Part shown: positions 43,746 through 52,769 of the stretch, one piece after another
How the letters are laid out: each line of letters starts with the position of its first letter
How positions within the stretch are numbered: the first letter of the stretch is position 1
From: Mycobacteriales bacterium
GTDB taxonomy: Bacteria > Actinomycetota > Actinomycetes > JAFAQI01
Direction of reading: 5' to 3'
NCBI GenBank assembly: GCA_035690365.1
Contig: DASSKP010000048.1
Span: forward strand, 10,077-74,076
DNA length: 64,000 nucleotides
The notes under the pieces: generated by a model
Told to the model about the DNA's origin: nothing
What the model saw: only the letters and a program-made list of their open reading frames with translations
The model's database searches: none
Made by a program: the position numbers and the translations under genes

Positions 43746-46001
43746 TCATGCGTCACGGTTGTGTGCTGAAACGGGGGCGCCGGCCAGCCGGGCCAGCGAC
43801 GCGGGCAGGTCGCTCGCATGGACGACGACCAGATGCTGCGTCGCCCGGGTGAGGGCGACGTAGAGGTCGCGCAAGCCGTGCGATCCCTCGGTCACGACCG
43901 TGGCCGGCTCCACGACGATGACCGCGTCGAACTCGAGACCCTTCGACGCCCGGACCGACAGCACGGACACCGGTGACTCGAGCGGGTCGCCCACGACGTC
44001 GGGCAGCCGCTTCGTGACGGCGGCCGTGATCTCACCGAGGAGCGACGTGGGCGTGAGGACCGCGATCGTGCCGCCGTCGGCCAACGCCAGCTCGTCCGCT
44101 GCCTGGCGGGCAGCGACCTCGCCGAGCTGGTCGCGCGAGACACAGCGCTCGGCCCGCGGACCGACATCGGCGTCGCGCACCGACGCCGGCGCCTTGGCGT
44201 CGGGGTCGACCGCGGCGAGCACGTCGGCGGCGACGTCCATCACCTGTGTCGGCGTTCGGTAGTTGACCGTCAGCTCGAACGCCCGCCAGCGACCGGACGC
44301 GATCGGCTCGAGCATCTCCGCCCACGACGACGCCCCCCACGGCGCCGACGTCTGCGCGATGTCGCCGACGACCGTCATCGACCGCGACGGGCACCGCCGC
44401 GCCAGCATCCGCCACTGCATCGGCGAGAGCTCCTGCGCCTCGTCGACGATGACGTGCCCGTAGTGCCAGGCGATGTCGCGGCCGGCGCGCTCGGCGACCG
44501 ACTCGTCGTCGATCGGGCCGGCGTAGCGAGCGGCCAGGTTGTGCGGATCGACCCGACCGGCCAGGCCACTCGCGGCGACCACCTGACGGGCGTACTCCGC
44601 CTCGTCGCGTGCCTTCCGTTTGCGCGCCGCGATCTCGATGACCTCACCGGGGTCACCGAGCAGCGCCCACGCCTCGTCGAGCAACGGCACGTCACCCGAC
44701 GCCCAACCGCTCGCGGCCGGCCGCAGCAGCTCACGTCGTTCCTCGGCCGTCAGCCACGGAGCGGCGGTGCCGAGCATCGGCTCGTTGGACAGCAGCGCGT
44801 CGACCAGATCCTCGGCCGACTGCAGCGGCCACAACCTGTTCATCACGTCGCGGAACTCGTCGCTGCGCATCATCGACCGGACCACCCAGCGCTGGCCGGA
44901 CAGCTCCGGGTCCGCACCGACGACCTGTCCGACGAACAACCGCAGCAGCTGCTTCGCAAAGGCATACCGCGCCCGGTTGTGGCCGTGACCACTGCGTCGC
45001 GCCCGGTTACGCGCCGAGGCGACCTGCTGCGGCGAGAGCGTCAGCTCGAACTCGTCCCAGTGCATCGTCACCGGCGCGTCCGGCACCCGCTGCACGACAC
45101 CGATGGCGCTGCGCACCGCTTCCGCCATCCGTGGGTCCGCCTTGAGCGCCGCGGCGCGATCGCTGTCCGTGCGCGTCACCTGCACGCCCGGCAGAAGTGT
45201 GTCGAGGGTCGACAGCACGACACCGGTCTCACCGAGCGACGGCAGCACCTGCTCGATGTAGCGCAGGAACACCCCGTTGGGCCCGATCACCAGCACGCCG
45301 GTGCGCGACAGCGTCTCGCGATGCGTGTAGAGCAGGTAGGCGGCGCGATGCAGCGCGACCGCGGTCTTGCCGGTCCCCGGACCGCCCTGGACGACGAGCA
45401 CGCCCGCCGCGTCGGCGCGGATGACCGTGTCCTGCTCGGCCTGGATCGTCTCGACGATGTCGCGCATCCGGCCAGTGCGCCGTGCGGACAACGCCGCGAG
45501 CAGCGCCCCCTCACCGCCGAGCGTCGCCTTGTCCTCGTCGGACAGCGCCTCGAGGTCGAAGACGTCGTCCTCGATGTCGAGCAGCTTGCGACCGCGCGTG
45601 CGCAGGTGTCGACGTCGTACGACGCCCTGCGGATCCGCCGCGGTGGCGCGGTAGAACGGCTCGGCGGCAGGCGCCCGCCAGTCGACGAGCAGCGTCTCGT
45701 GCCCGTCGTCGGTCAGCCCGATCCGGCCGACGTGGTGGCGGTCGCCGGCCCGCAGGTCGATCCGGCCGAAGCACAGGCCGGCTTCGACGGCGTTGAGCTG
45801 GGCGAGCCGGGCGGCGTACATGCCCGCGAAGGCGTCGCGCTCGCTGCGCTGCTGGTGGGTGCCGGTGGCGCCACGGCGGCGTACCTCGGCGAGCCGGTCG
45901 TGGGTCTGGTGGCGCAGCAAGTCCAGCCGGTCGTAGAGCCGGGTGAGGTAGGCCTGCTCGCGCTCGAGCTCCGCCGCCTTGCCAGCCGCCAACCCACGCA
46001 C
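43746..46001 (-). CDS. helD: HelD-type (helicase IV-like) RNA-polymerase-associated UvrD-family ATPase
   Basis: 751 aa. N-terminal coiled-coil (LEREQAYLTRLYDRLD), Walker A VQGGPGTGKTAVALHR, DEAQE Walker B (VIVDEAQELSP), C-terminal ...LYVALTRA. Confidence 0.8.
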   Translation of the reverse strand: MRGLAAGKAAELEREQAYLTRLYDRLDLLRHQTHDRLAEVRRRGATGTHQQRSERDAFAGMYAARLAQLNAVEAGLCFGRIDLRAGDRHHVGRIGLTDDGHETLLVDWRAPAAEPFYRATAADPQGVVRRRHLRTRGRKLLDIEDDVFDLEALSDEDKATLGGEGALLAALSARRTGRMRDIVETIQAEQDTVIRADAAGVLVVQGGPGTGKTAVALHRAAYLLYTHRETLSRTGVLVIGPNGVFLRYIEQVLPSLGETGVVLSTLDTLLPGVQVTRTDSDRAAALKADPRMAEAVRSAIGVVQRVPDAPVTMHWDEFELTLSPQQVASARNRARRSGHGHNRARYAFAKQLLRLFVGQVVGADPELSGQRWVVRSMMRSDEFRDVMNRLWPLQSAEDLVDALLSNEPMLGTAAPWLTAEERRELLRPAASGWASGDVPLLDEAWALLGDPGEVIEIAARKRKARDEAEYARQVVAASGLAGRVDPHNLAARYAGPIDDESVAERAGRDIAWHYGHVIVDEAQELSPMQWRMLARRCPSRSMTVVGDIAQTSAPWGASSWAEMLEPIASGRWRAFELTVNYRTPTQVMDVAADVLAAVDPDAKAPASVRDADVGPRAERCVSRDQLGEVAARQAADELALADGGTIAVLTPTSLLGEITAAVTKRLPDVVGDPLESPVSVLSVRASKGLEFDAVIVVEPATVVTEGSHGLRDLYVALTRATQHLVVVHASDLPASLARLAGAPVSAHNRDA

Positions 46002-46050
46002 CTTCCAGAAGAAACAGGGTCAATCAGCCTACGCCGCAGACCTCCAAGTA

Positions 46051-46080
46051 TTGCAAGACGGACGTACGGTTTGCTACTCT
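46051..46080 (+). promoter_or_regulatory. Putative acnR-acn promoter (TTGCAA-N18-TACTCT) overlapped by an AcnR-type operator (imperfect palindrome 46053-46074)
   Basis: TTGCAA at 46051-46056 and TACTCT at 46075-46080. GCAAGACGGACGTACGGTTTGC matches its own reverse complement at 16/22 positions. The core CAAGACGGACGTACGG resembles the corynebacterial AcnR site CAGNACnnncGTACTG (from memory). Confidence 0.5.
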
Positions 46081-46109
46081 GGCCATGTCCCCATGCGAAG
46101 GAGCAGGGC

Positions 46110-46691
46110 GTGCCGAAGGTGAGCGCGGAGCGGCTGGAAGCGACTCGCCGACGCGTGCTCGACGGGGCCCGCCGCGCCTTCGCCGAGCACGGCTACGAAG
46201 GCGCCACCGTCCGGCTGCTCGAGGAGGAGACCGGCCTGTCGAGGGGCGCGATCTTCCACCACTTCCCCGACAAGGACGCGCTGTTCCTCGCCCTCGCCGA
46301 GGAGGACGCGGAAGAAGTCGCCGCGGTCGTGGACGAGGCCGGGCTCGTCGAGGCGATGCGCCGGCTGCGGAGCAAGGACGCCGGCTGGCTCGGGGTGCAG
46401 CTCGAGGTCGCCCGTCGGGTGCGCACCGACCCGGCGTTCAGCGAGCTGTGGCAACGGCACCTGCGCGGCATCGCCCGCGCGACCCAGGCTCGGCTCGCGC
46501 GCCAGCGTGACGCCGGTGTCGTCCGCGGTGACGTCTCCGTCGAGACGCTCGCCGCTTTTCTCTCCCTCGTGTACGACGGCCTCGTGGCGCATCTCGCCAC
46601 CGGAATGCCGGCCGGTCATCTCGACGGGGTGCTCGACCTCGTCGAGCAAGCCGTGCGCGAGACTTCAGATTCGACTTCGAGGAGCTCCTGA
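46110..46691 (+). CDS. acnR: TetR-family repressor, AcnR-like
   Basis: GTG 46110 lies 6 nt after GAAGGAG. 193 aa. ...GARRAFAEHGYEGATVRLLEEETGLSRGAIFHHFPDKDALFLALAEEDA... closely resembles the AcnR N-terminus as I remember it. Directly abuts acn. The rest of ORF 44454..46691 is antisense to helD. Confidence 0.7.
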   Translation: MPKVSAERLEATRRRVLDGARRAFAEHGYEGATVRLLEEETGLSRGAIFHHFPDKDALFLALAEEDAEEVAAVVDEAGLVEAMRRLRSKDAGWLGVQLEVARRVRTDPAFSELWQRHLRGIARATQARLARQRDAGVVRGDVSVETLAAFLSLVYDGLVAHLATGMPAGHLDGVLDLVEQAVRETSDSTSRSS

Positions 46692-49472
46692 ATGACCCAG
46701 AACAGCTTTGACGCCCGGTCCGCCATCTCGGTCGGTGGCCGCGATGTGACGATCTTCCGGCTCGACTCGGTCGAGGGCAGCGCGCGTCTCCCCTACTCGC
46801 TGAAGGTGCTCCTCGAGAACCTCCTGCGCAACGAGGACGGGCACAACGTCACCGCCGACCAGGTACGTGCGCTCGCCGGCTGGGACCCCAACGCCGAGCC
46901 GGACACCGAGATCCAGTACACGCCGGCGCGCGTCATCATGCAGGACTTCACCGGCGTACCCTGCGTCGTCGACCTCGCCGCCATGCGCGAGGCGATGCAC
47001 CAGCTGGGCGGCGACCCGACGAAGATCAACCCGCTCGTGCCGACCGAGCTCGTCATCGACCACTCGGTCATCGTCGACGTCTTCGGCGCACCGGATGCCT
47101 TCGAGAAGAACGCGGCGCTCGAGTTCGAGCGCAACAAGGAGCGCTACCAGTTCCTGCGCTGGGGCCAGGACGCGTTCCGTGACTTCACCGTCGTGCCGCC
47201 GGACACCGGCATCGTGCACCAGGTCAACCTGGAGTACCTCGCCCGCGTGGTCTTCGACAAGGACGGCGTCGCCTACCCCGACACCTGCGTCGGCACGGAC
47301 TCGCACACGACGATGATCAACGGTCTCGGCGTGCTCGGCTGGGGCGTCGGCGGCATCGAGGCGGAGGCCGCGATGCTCGGCCAGCCGGTGTCGATGCTCA
47401 TCCCGCGGGTCGTCGGCTTCAAGCTGTCCGGCGAGCTGCCGGAGGGTGCGACCGCGACCGACCTCGTCCTCACCATCACCGAGATGCTGCGCAAGCACGG
47501 CGTCGTCGGCAAGTTCGTCGAGTTCTACGGTTCCGGCGTGGCCGCCGTTCCGTTGGCCAACCGGGCGACGATCGGCAACATGAGCCCGGAGTACGGCTCG
47601 ACCTGCGCCATCTTCCCGATCGACGACGAGACGCTCACCTACCTCCGCCTCACCGGCCGTCCCGATGAGCAGGTCGCCCTCGTCGAGGCCTACGCCAAGG
47701 AGCAGGGCCTCTGGCACGACCCGTCGCACGAGCCGGAGTACAGCGAGCGGCTCGAGCTCGACCTGTCGACCGTCGAGCCGTCACTTGCCGGACCGAAGCG
47801 ACCGCAGGACCGGGTTGCGCTGAAGAGCGCGAAGGACAGCTTCCGCCAGGCGCTCAAGAGCTACGTCCCCAACGAGTCCTACACAGGCGACGGCAACGGC
47901 GACAGCGCCAACGAGGCGTCGAAGGAGTCGTTCCCGGCGAGCGACCCGCCCGCGATCAGCAGCCAGGGCGCGCACGACCAGCCGGCGGGCCAGCCTGCCG
48001 CACAGGGCGGCGGCCGGCCGTCGAACCCGGCGAAGGTCACGCTCGACGGCGAGGAGTTCGAGGTCGACCACGGGGCCGTTGTCGTCGCCGCGATCACCTC
48101 GTGCACCAACACGTCCAACCCGTTCGTCATGGTCGGCGCCGGCCTGCTCGCGAAGAACGCGGTCGAGCGTGGCCTGACCCGCAAGCCCTGGGTGAAGACC
48201 TCGCTGGCTCCGGGCTCCAAGGTCGTCATGGACTACTACGAGAAGGCGGGCTTGACGCCGTACCTCGACAAGCTCGGCTTCGGCCTTGTCGGCTACGGCT
48301 GCACGACCTGCATCGGCAACAGCGGCCCGCTCATCCCCGAGGTGTCGCAGGCGGTCAACGACAACGACCTCGCGGTCGTGTCGGTGCTGTCCGGCAACCG
48401 CAACTTCGAGGGCCGGATCAACCCGGACGTGAAGATGAACTACCTCGCGTCGCCGCCGCTCGTCGTCGCCTACGCGCTCGCCGGCTCCATGGACGTCGAC
48501 CTGCTCAACGACCCGATCGGCAAGGACACCGACGGCAACGACGTCTTCCTCGCTGACATCTGGCCGTCGCCGAAGGAGGTCTCGGAGATCGTCGCCTCCT
48601 CCGTCCAGGCGAGCGGGTTCTCGGCGTCGTACAACGATGTCTTCGCCGGCGACGAGCGCTGGCAGGGCCTCGACGTCCCGACCGGCGACGCCTTCGAGTG
48701 GGACGGTTCGTCGACCTACGTACGCCGTCCGCCGTACTTCGACGGCATGCCCGCCGAACCTGCCGGCATCAAGGACATCACCGGCGCTCGCGTTCTGGCG
48801 ATGCTCGGCGACAGCGTCACGACCGACCACATCTCCCCCGCCGGCTCGATCAAGACCGACTCACCGGCCGGCAGCTACCTCACCGAGCACGGTGTCGAGC
48901 GCAAGGACTTCAACTCCTACGGCTCACGTCGTGGCAACCACGAGGTGATGATCCGCGGCACGTTCGCCAACATCCGGCTGCGCAACCAGCTCGCGCCGGG
49001 CACGGAGGGCGGCGTCACGCGTCACCTGCCGGACGGCGAGCAGATGTCGATCTACGACGCCGCGCAGAAGTATGCGGAAGAAGGCGTGCCGCTGGTGATC
49101 CTCGCCGGCAAGGAGTATGGCTCCGGCTCGTCTCGCGACTGGGCGGCCAAGGGCACGATGCTCCTCGGCGTGCGGGCGGTCATCGCCGAGTCCTACGAGC
49201 GGATCCACCGGTCCAACCTGATCGGCATGGGCGTGCTGCCGCTGCAGTTCGCCAACGGCGAGACCCGCGAGTCGCTCGGGCTCACCGGCGAGGAGACGTT
49301 CGAGATCCGCGGTCTCGAGGGCGACCGAATCCCGCGTGAGATCGAGGTCAAGGCGGGCGACAAGACCTTCACCGCGACGGTGCGGATCGACACGCCCGGC
49401 GAGGCGGAGTACTACCGCCACGGCGGCATCCTCCAGTACGTGTTGCGGTCGCTCCGCGCATCGTCGAGCTGA
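46692..49472 (+). CDS. acn: Aconitate hydratase A
   Basis: 926 aa, with a full-length aconitase/IRP pattern ([30 protein letters not shown] cluster cysteines, [10 protein letters not shown]). Confidence 0.95.
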   Translation: MTQNSFDARSAISVGGRDVTIFRLDSVEGSARLPYSLKVLLENLLRNEDGHNVTADQVRALAGWDPNAEPDTEIQYTPARVIMQDFTGVPCVVDLAAMREAMHQLGGDPTKINPLVPTELVIDHSVIVDVFGAPDAFEKNAALEFERNKERYQFLRWGQDAFRDFTVVPPDTGIVHQVNLEYLARVVFDKDGVAYPDTCVGTDSHTTMINGLGVLGWGVGGIEAEAAMLGQPVSMLIPRVVGFKLSGELPEGATATDLVLTITEMLRKHGVVGKFVEFYGSGVAAVPLANRATIGNMSPEYGSTCAIFPIDDETLTYLRLTGRPDEQVALVEAYAKEQGLWHDPSHEPEYSERLELDLSTVEPSLAGPKRPQDRVALKSAKDSFRQALKSYVPNESYTGDGNGDSANEASKESFPASDPPAISSQGAHDQPAGQPAAQGGGRPSNPAKVTLDGEEFEVDHGAVVVAAITSCTNTSNPFVMVGAGLLAKNAVERGLTRKPWVKTSLAPGSKVVMDYYEKAGLTPYLDKLGFGLVGYGCTTCIGNSGPLIPEVSQAVNDNDLAVVSVLSGNRNFEGRINPDVKMNYLASPPLVVAYALAGSMDVDLLNDPIGKDTDGNDVFLADIWPSPKEVSEIVASSVQASGFSASYNDVFAGDERWQGLDVPTGDAFEWDGSSTYVRRPPYFDGMPAEPAGIKDITGARVLAMLGDSVTTDHISPAGSIKTDSPAGSYLTEHGVERKDFNSYGSRRGNHEVMIRGTFANIRLRNQLAPGTEGGVTRHLPDGEQMSIYDAAQKYAEEGVPLVILAGKEYGSGSSRDWAAKGTMLLGVRAVIAESYERIHRSNLIGMGVLPLQFANGETRESLGLTGEETFEIRGLEGDRIPREIEVKAGDKTFTATVRIDTPGEAEYYRHGGILQYVLRSLRASSS

Positions 49473-49473
49473 C

Positions 49474-49517
49474 CAATTGTGGCCAGGGCACGCTAGAACG
49501 TGCCCTGGCCACAATTG
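49474..49517. repeat. Perfect 19+19 bp palindrome with 6-nt centre (CAATTGTGGCCAGGGCACG CTAGAA CGTGCCCTGGCCACAATTG), copy C of the CTAG-centred element
   Basis: Read directly. Begins 2 nt after the acn stop and ends 13 nt before the next ATG. Shares ATTGTGGCCAG, CGCTAGAACGTGC and CACAAT with copies A and B. Confidence 0.9.
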
Positions 49518-49530
49518 ATAGGCATGACGC

Positions 49531-50274
49531 ATGGATCTCGGGCTGCGCGAGCGCGTCTATGTCCTGACCGGCGCGACGAAGGGGCTCGGTCGCGCGACAG
49601 CCGAGGCTCTCGTCGCCGACGGCGCCCGGGTCGTGATCTCCTCCCGATCGCAGGAGTCGGTCGACACGGCGGTCGCTGAGCTCGGCGACAACGCGCGCGG
49701 AATCGCGGCGGACAACGCCGACCCGGCAACGGCCGAGCGGCTCGCGCAGCTGGCCGTCGACACCTGGGGCCGGCTCGACGGCGCGTTCGTCAGCGTCGGC
49801 GGACCACCGGGTACGCCGGCCCTGGGGGCGAATGACGACCAGTGGCGCGACGCGTTCGAGTCGGTGTTCCTCGGCGCGGTGCGCGTCGCGCGCGCCGTCG
49901 TGCCACACCTCGGTGAAGGCGCCGCGATCGGCTTCGTGCTTTCGACGTCGTCGAAGTCGCCGATCGGTGGGCTCGAGATCAGCAACGGACTCCGGCCGGG
50001 CCTGGCGATGTGGGCGAAGATGCTCGCCGACGAGCTCGGCCCGAAGGGCATCCGCATCTTCACGATGCTCCCGGGGCGCGTGCTCACCGACCGGACGAAG
50101 TCGCTCACGCCCGACCCCGCCGACCGTGACCGGATCGCGCAGGACATCCCGCTTCGCCGCTACGGGCGTGCGGAGGAGTTCGGCCGCACCGGCGCCTTCC
50201 TGCTCTCCCCGGCCGCGTCGTACCTCACCGGTCTGGTCGTCCCGGTCGACGGTGGCGCCTTGCGCACCCTCTGA
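49531..50274 (+). CDS. SDR-family oxidoreductase
   Basis: 247 aa with TGATKGLG cofactor motif and a classical SDR layout. Confidence 0.8.
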   Translation: MDLGLRERVYVLTGATKGLGRATAEALVADGARVVISSRSQESVDTAVAELGDNARGIAADNADPATAERLAQLAVDTWGRLDGAFVSVGGPPGTPALGANDDQWRDAFESVFLGAVRVARAVVPHLGEGAAIGFVLSTSSKSPIGGLEISNGLRPGLAMWAKMLADELGPKGIRIFTMLPGRVLTDRTKSLTPDPADRDRIAQDIPLRRYGRAEEFGRTGAFLLSPAASYLTGLVVPVDGGALRTL

Positions 50275-50293
50275 CCGGGGTACGCCGTCCGTC

Positions 50294-50491
50294 ATGACTG
50301 AGTCGACTGGGCAGACCGCCCCCAGCCTCGGCACGCCGACCGACTCCCCTGTCGGAGCAGACGCGGCTCAGAAGACGGCGGGCGAGCCCATGAGCAGCAC
50401 CGTCGACGAGCCGGCCGAGGCCGACAAGACGATGGACACGCCAGATGAGCTCGGCGGCACCGGTGGCGAGCAGGCCGGTGGCGCCGGCTGA
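50294..50491 (+). CDS. Small acidic hypothetical protein (65 aa)
   Basis: ATG 50294 in the frame of ORF 49832..50491. Strongly G/C-biased third positions, acidic and disordered-looking sequence, no recognised family. Confidence 0.4.
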   Translation: MTESTGQTAPSLGTPTDSPVGADAAQKTAGEPMSSTVDEPAEADKTMDTPDELGGTGGEQAGGAG

Positions 50492-50514
50492 TCGCGAGCA
50501 GACCGCGGGGATGG

Positions 50515-50544
50515 CGCGGGGCCGGCGGTTTCCCGCCGACCCCG
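50515..50544. terminator. GC-rich hairpin between convergent genes (candidate bidirectional terminator)
   Basis: GCGGGGCCGGCGG-TTTC-CCGCCGACCCCGC: 13-bp stem with one mismatch. There is no clear U-tract. Confidence 0.45.
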
Positions 50545-50560
50545 CAGCTCAGGCCCCCGA

Positions 50561-50704
50561 TTACGTGAAGATGCTGACGCCTCCCGGTCCGACGAGAAGG
50601 CCGACCACGATCAGCACGATGCCCAGAAGGACGCTGCCGCGGAAGATCGTGACGATGCCCCAGATGACCAGGATGACGGCGATGAGCCACAGGATGAATG
50701 CCAT
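50561..50704 (-). CDS. GPGG-motif small membrane protein (47 aa)
   Basis: ATG 50702-50704. MAFILWLIAVILVIWGIVTIFRGSVLLGIVLIVVGLLVGPGGVSIFT: two TM helices and a C-terminal GPGG. Only the 3' end of ORF 50561..51058 is used. Confidence 0.55.
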   Translation of the reverse strand: MAFILWLIAVILVIWGIVTIFRGSVLLGIVLIVVGLLVGPGGVSIFT

Positions 50705-50816
50705 GTCAGCGGGGTGTTCACAGAAGGCATTCGGCAAACCGAGGCGACGTGTTATGACCTGAAATACGTTGCGCAGACCAGGACAAAGACCTGCAAGTCG
50801 AGCCGGCGATGTGGCC

Positions 50817-52721
50817 CTACGGAGTCGCCAGCGGCTCGCTGTCGGCCTGTGGTTCGAACTGCGTCCGGTAGAGCTCGGCGTAGAGACCGTTGGCATCCGC
50901 GAGCTGCTCGTGCGTGCCGCGCTCGACCACGCGACCCTCGTCGATGACGAGGATCTGATCGGCGTCGCGGACCGTCGACAGGCGGTGCGCGATGACCAAC
51001 GACGTGCGCCCTTCGAGCGCAGTCTTGAGCGCGCGCTGCACGGCCGCCTCTGACTCACTGTCGAGGTGTGCTGTCGCCTCGTCCAGTACGACGATCGAGG
51101 GCGCCTTCAGCAGCAACCGTGCGATCGCGAGCCGCTGCTTCTCCCCGCCGGACAACCGGTAGCCCCGGTCGCCGACGAGCGTGTCCAGCCGGTCGGGCAG
51201 ATCGCGCACCAGGTCGCCGATCTGCGCCGCGTCGATGGCCGTCCAGAGCTGCTCATCGGTCGCGTCCGGTCGCGCGTAGAGCAGGTTGTTGCGGATGGTG
51301 TCGTGGAACATGTGCGCGTCCTGCGTCACGACGCCGACCGCGTCACGCAGGGACTGCAACGTCACCTCGCGCACGTCGTGCCCGCCCACGAGCACAGCTC
51401 CCGACTGGACGTCGTACATGCGGGTGACGAGCTGGGAGATGGTCGTCTTGCCGGCACCGGACGGGCCGACCAGCGCGACGAGCTGTCCCGGCTCGGCCCG
51501 GAACGACACGTCGTGCAGCACCTGCCGGTCGGGTGTGTTGTCGAGCACCGCGACCGACTCGAGCGACGCCAGCGACACCTCTGCGGCAGTCGGGTAACGG
51601 AACCCCACACCGTCGAACTCGATCGTCGCCGCACGACCGAGCGTGCGCGGCAGCGACACGGCCTCAGGTGCGTCGGCGATCGCCGGCTCGAGGTCCAACA
51701 CCTCGAAGACCCGGTCGAAGGACACGAGTGCGGTCATGACGTCGACCTGCACGTTGGACAGTGCGGTGATCGGGCCGTAGAGGCGGTTGAGGTACGCCGC
51801 CAGCGCGACCACCGTGCCGAGCATCTTCGGGTCGCTCGCGGCCTGATAGCCACCCATGCCGTAGACGAGAGCGGTGCCAAAAGCAGCAACCAACGTCAAC
51901 GACACGAAGAGGATTCGGCCGTACATCGCCTGCTGTACGCCGATGTCGGCGACCCGGCGCGCCTTCGTCCGGAAGAGCTTGTCCTCGTCGCCGGGGCGAC
52001 CGAACAGCTTGACCAGCAGCGCACCAGCGACATTGAAGCGTTCGGTCATCTGCGTCGACATCTCGGCGTTGAGCGCGTAGGACTCGCGAGTGATGCGCTG
52101 GATGCGTTTGCCCATCAGCCGCGCCGGCACGATGAACAGCGGCACCATCAGTAGCGCCAGCACCGTGATCTGCCACGACAGCAGCAGCATCGCGATCAGC
52201 ACGAGCGTCACCGAGATGAAGTTGCTCACAACGTTGGACAGCGTGCCGGTGAAGGCCTGCTGCGCTCCGAGCACGTCGCTGTTGATGCGGCTGATCAATG
52301 CGCCGGTCTGCGTCCGGGTGAAGAACGCGATCGGCATCCGCTGAATGTGCGAGAAGACCGCCGAGCGCATGTCGTAGATGAGCCCCTCGCCGATCCGCGC
52401 GGAGAACCACCGGTTGGCGAGGTTGACGATCGCCGAGACGAGCGCGAGACCGGCGATCAGACCCGCGAGGGCGAGCACCAGTCCCCCGCGGTGCTTCTGG
52501 ATACCGTCGCTGATGATGATCTTGACGATCCACGGGTTGGCCGCGCCGACCACGGCGTCGATCACGATGAACAGCAGGAACCAGCCGAGCTGACGGCGGT
52601 ACGGCGCCGCGAACCGCGCGATTCGCCGGATCGTGCCCGGCGGCAGCCGCCGCTCGGTCACCGACGAGTCGCGCCGGAACGAGTGCATGACCTGCCAGCC
52701 GGCAGGGCCTCCCATGGACAT
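50817..52721 (-). CDS. ABC exporter, fused permease/ATPase (MsbA/multidrug type)
   Basis: 634 aa: six-TM N-terminal domain, Walker A GPSGAGKTT, signature LSGGEKQRLAIAR, Walker B IVVLDEA. GGGAGG lies upstream. Confidence 0.88.
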   Translation of the reverse strand: MSMGGPAGWQVMHSFRRDSSVTERRLPPGTIRRIARFAAPYRRQLGWFLLFIVIDAVVGAANPWIVKIIISDGIQKHRGGLVLALAGLIAGLALVSAIVNLANRWFSARIGEGLIYDMRSAVFSHIQRMPIAFFTRTQTGALISRINSDVLGAQQAFTGTLSNVVSNFISVTLVLIAMLLLSWQITVLALLMVPLFIVPARLMGKRIQRITRESYALNAEMSTQMTERFNVAGALLVKLFGRPGDEDKLFRTKARRVADIGVQQAMYGRILFVSLTLVAAFGTALVYGMGGYQAASDPKMLGTVVALAAYLNRLYGPITALSNVQVDVMTALVSFDRVFEVLDLEPAIADAPEAVSLPRTLGRAATIEFDGVGFRYPTAAEVSLASLESVAVLDNTPDRQVLHDVSFRAEPGQLVALVGPSGAGKTTISQLVTRMYDVQSGAVLVGGHDVREVTLQSLRDAVGVVTQDAHMFHDTIRNNLLYARPDATDEQLWTAIDAAQIGDLVRDLPDRLDTLVGDRGYRLSGGEKQRLAIARLLLKAPSIVVLDEATAHLDSESEAAVQRALKTALEGRTSLVIAHRLSTVRDADQILVIDEGRVVERGTHEQLADANGLYAELYRTQFEPQADSEPLATP

Positions 52722-52769
52722 TCAGCTGCCTCCCAGACGCTCAACGCTAGGGGGAGCCAGCCTCTTCCC

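Noticed and set aside
44454-46109. Upstream part of the 745-aa plus-strand ORF 44454..46691
   Set aside because: It is antisense to the well-supported helD gene. Only the last 193 codons (from GTG 46110, with GAAGGAG in front) form the TetR/AcnR-like protein.
46002-46109. Rifamycin-associated element (RAE) upstream of the HelD/HelR-like gene
   Set aside because: I looked for a GC-rich roughly 19-bp inverted repeat of the kind reported upstream of rifamycin-resistance genes. I found only the AT-richer AcnR-like palindrome. I do not remember the RAE consensus exactly, so this is a weak rejection; a motif scan would settle it.
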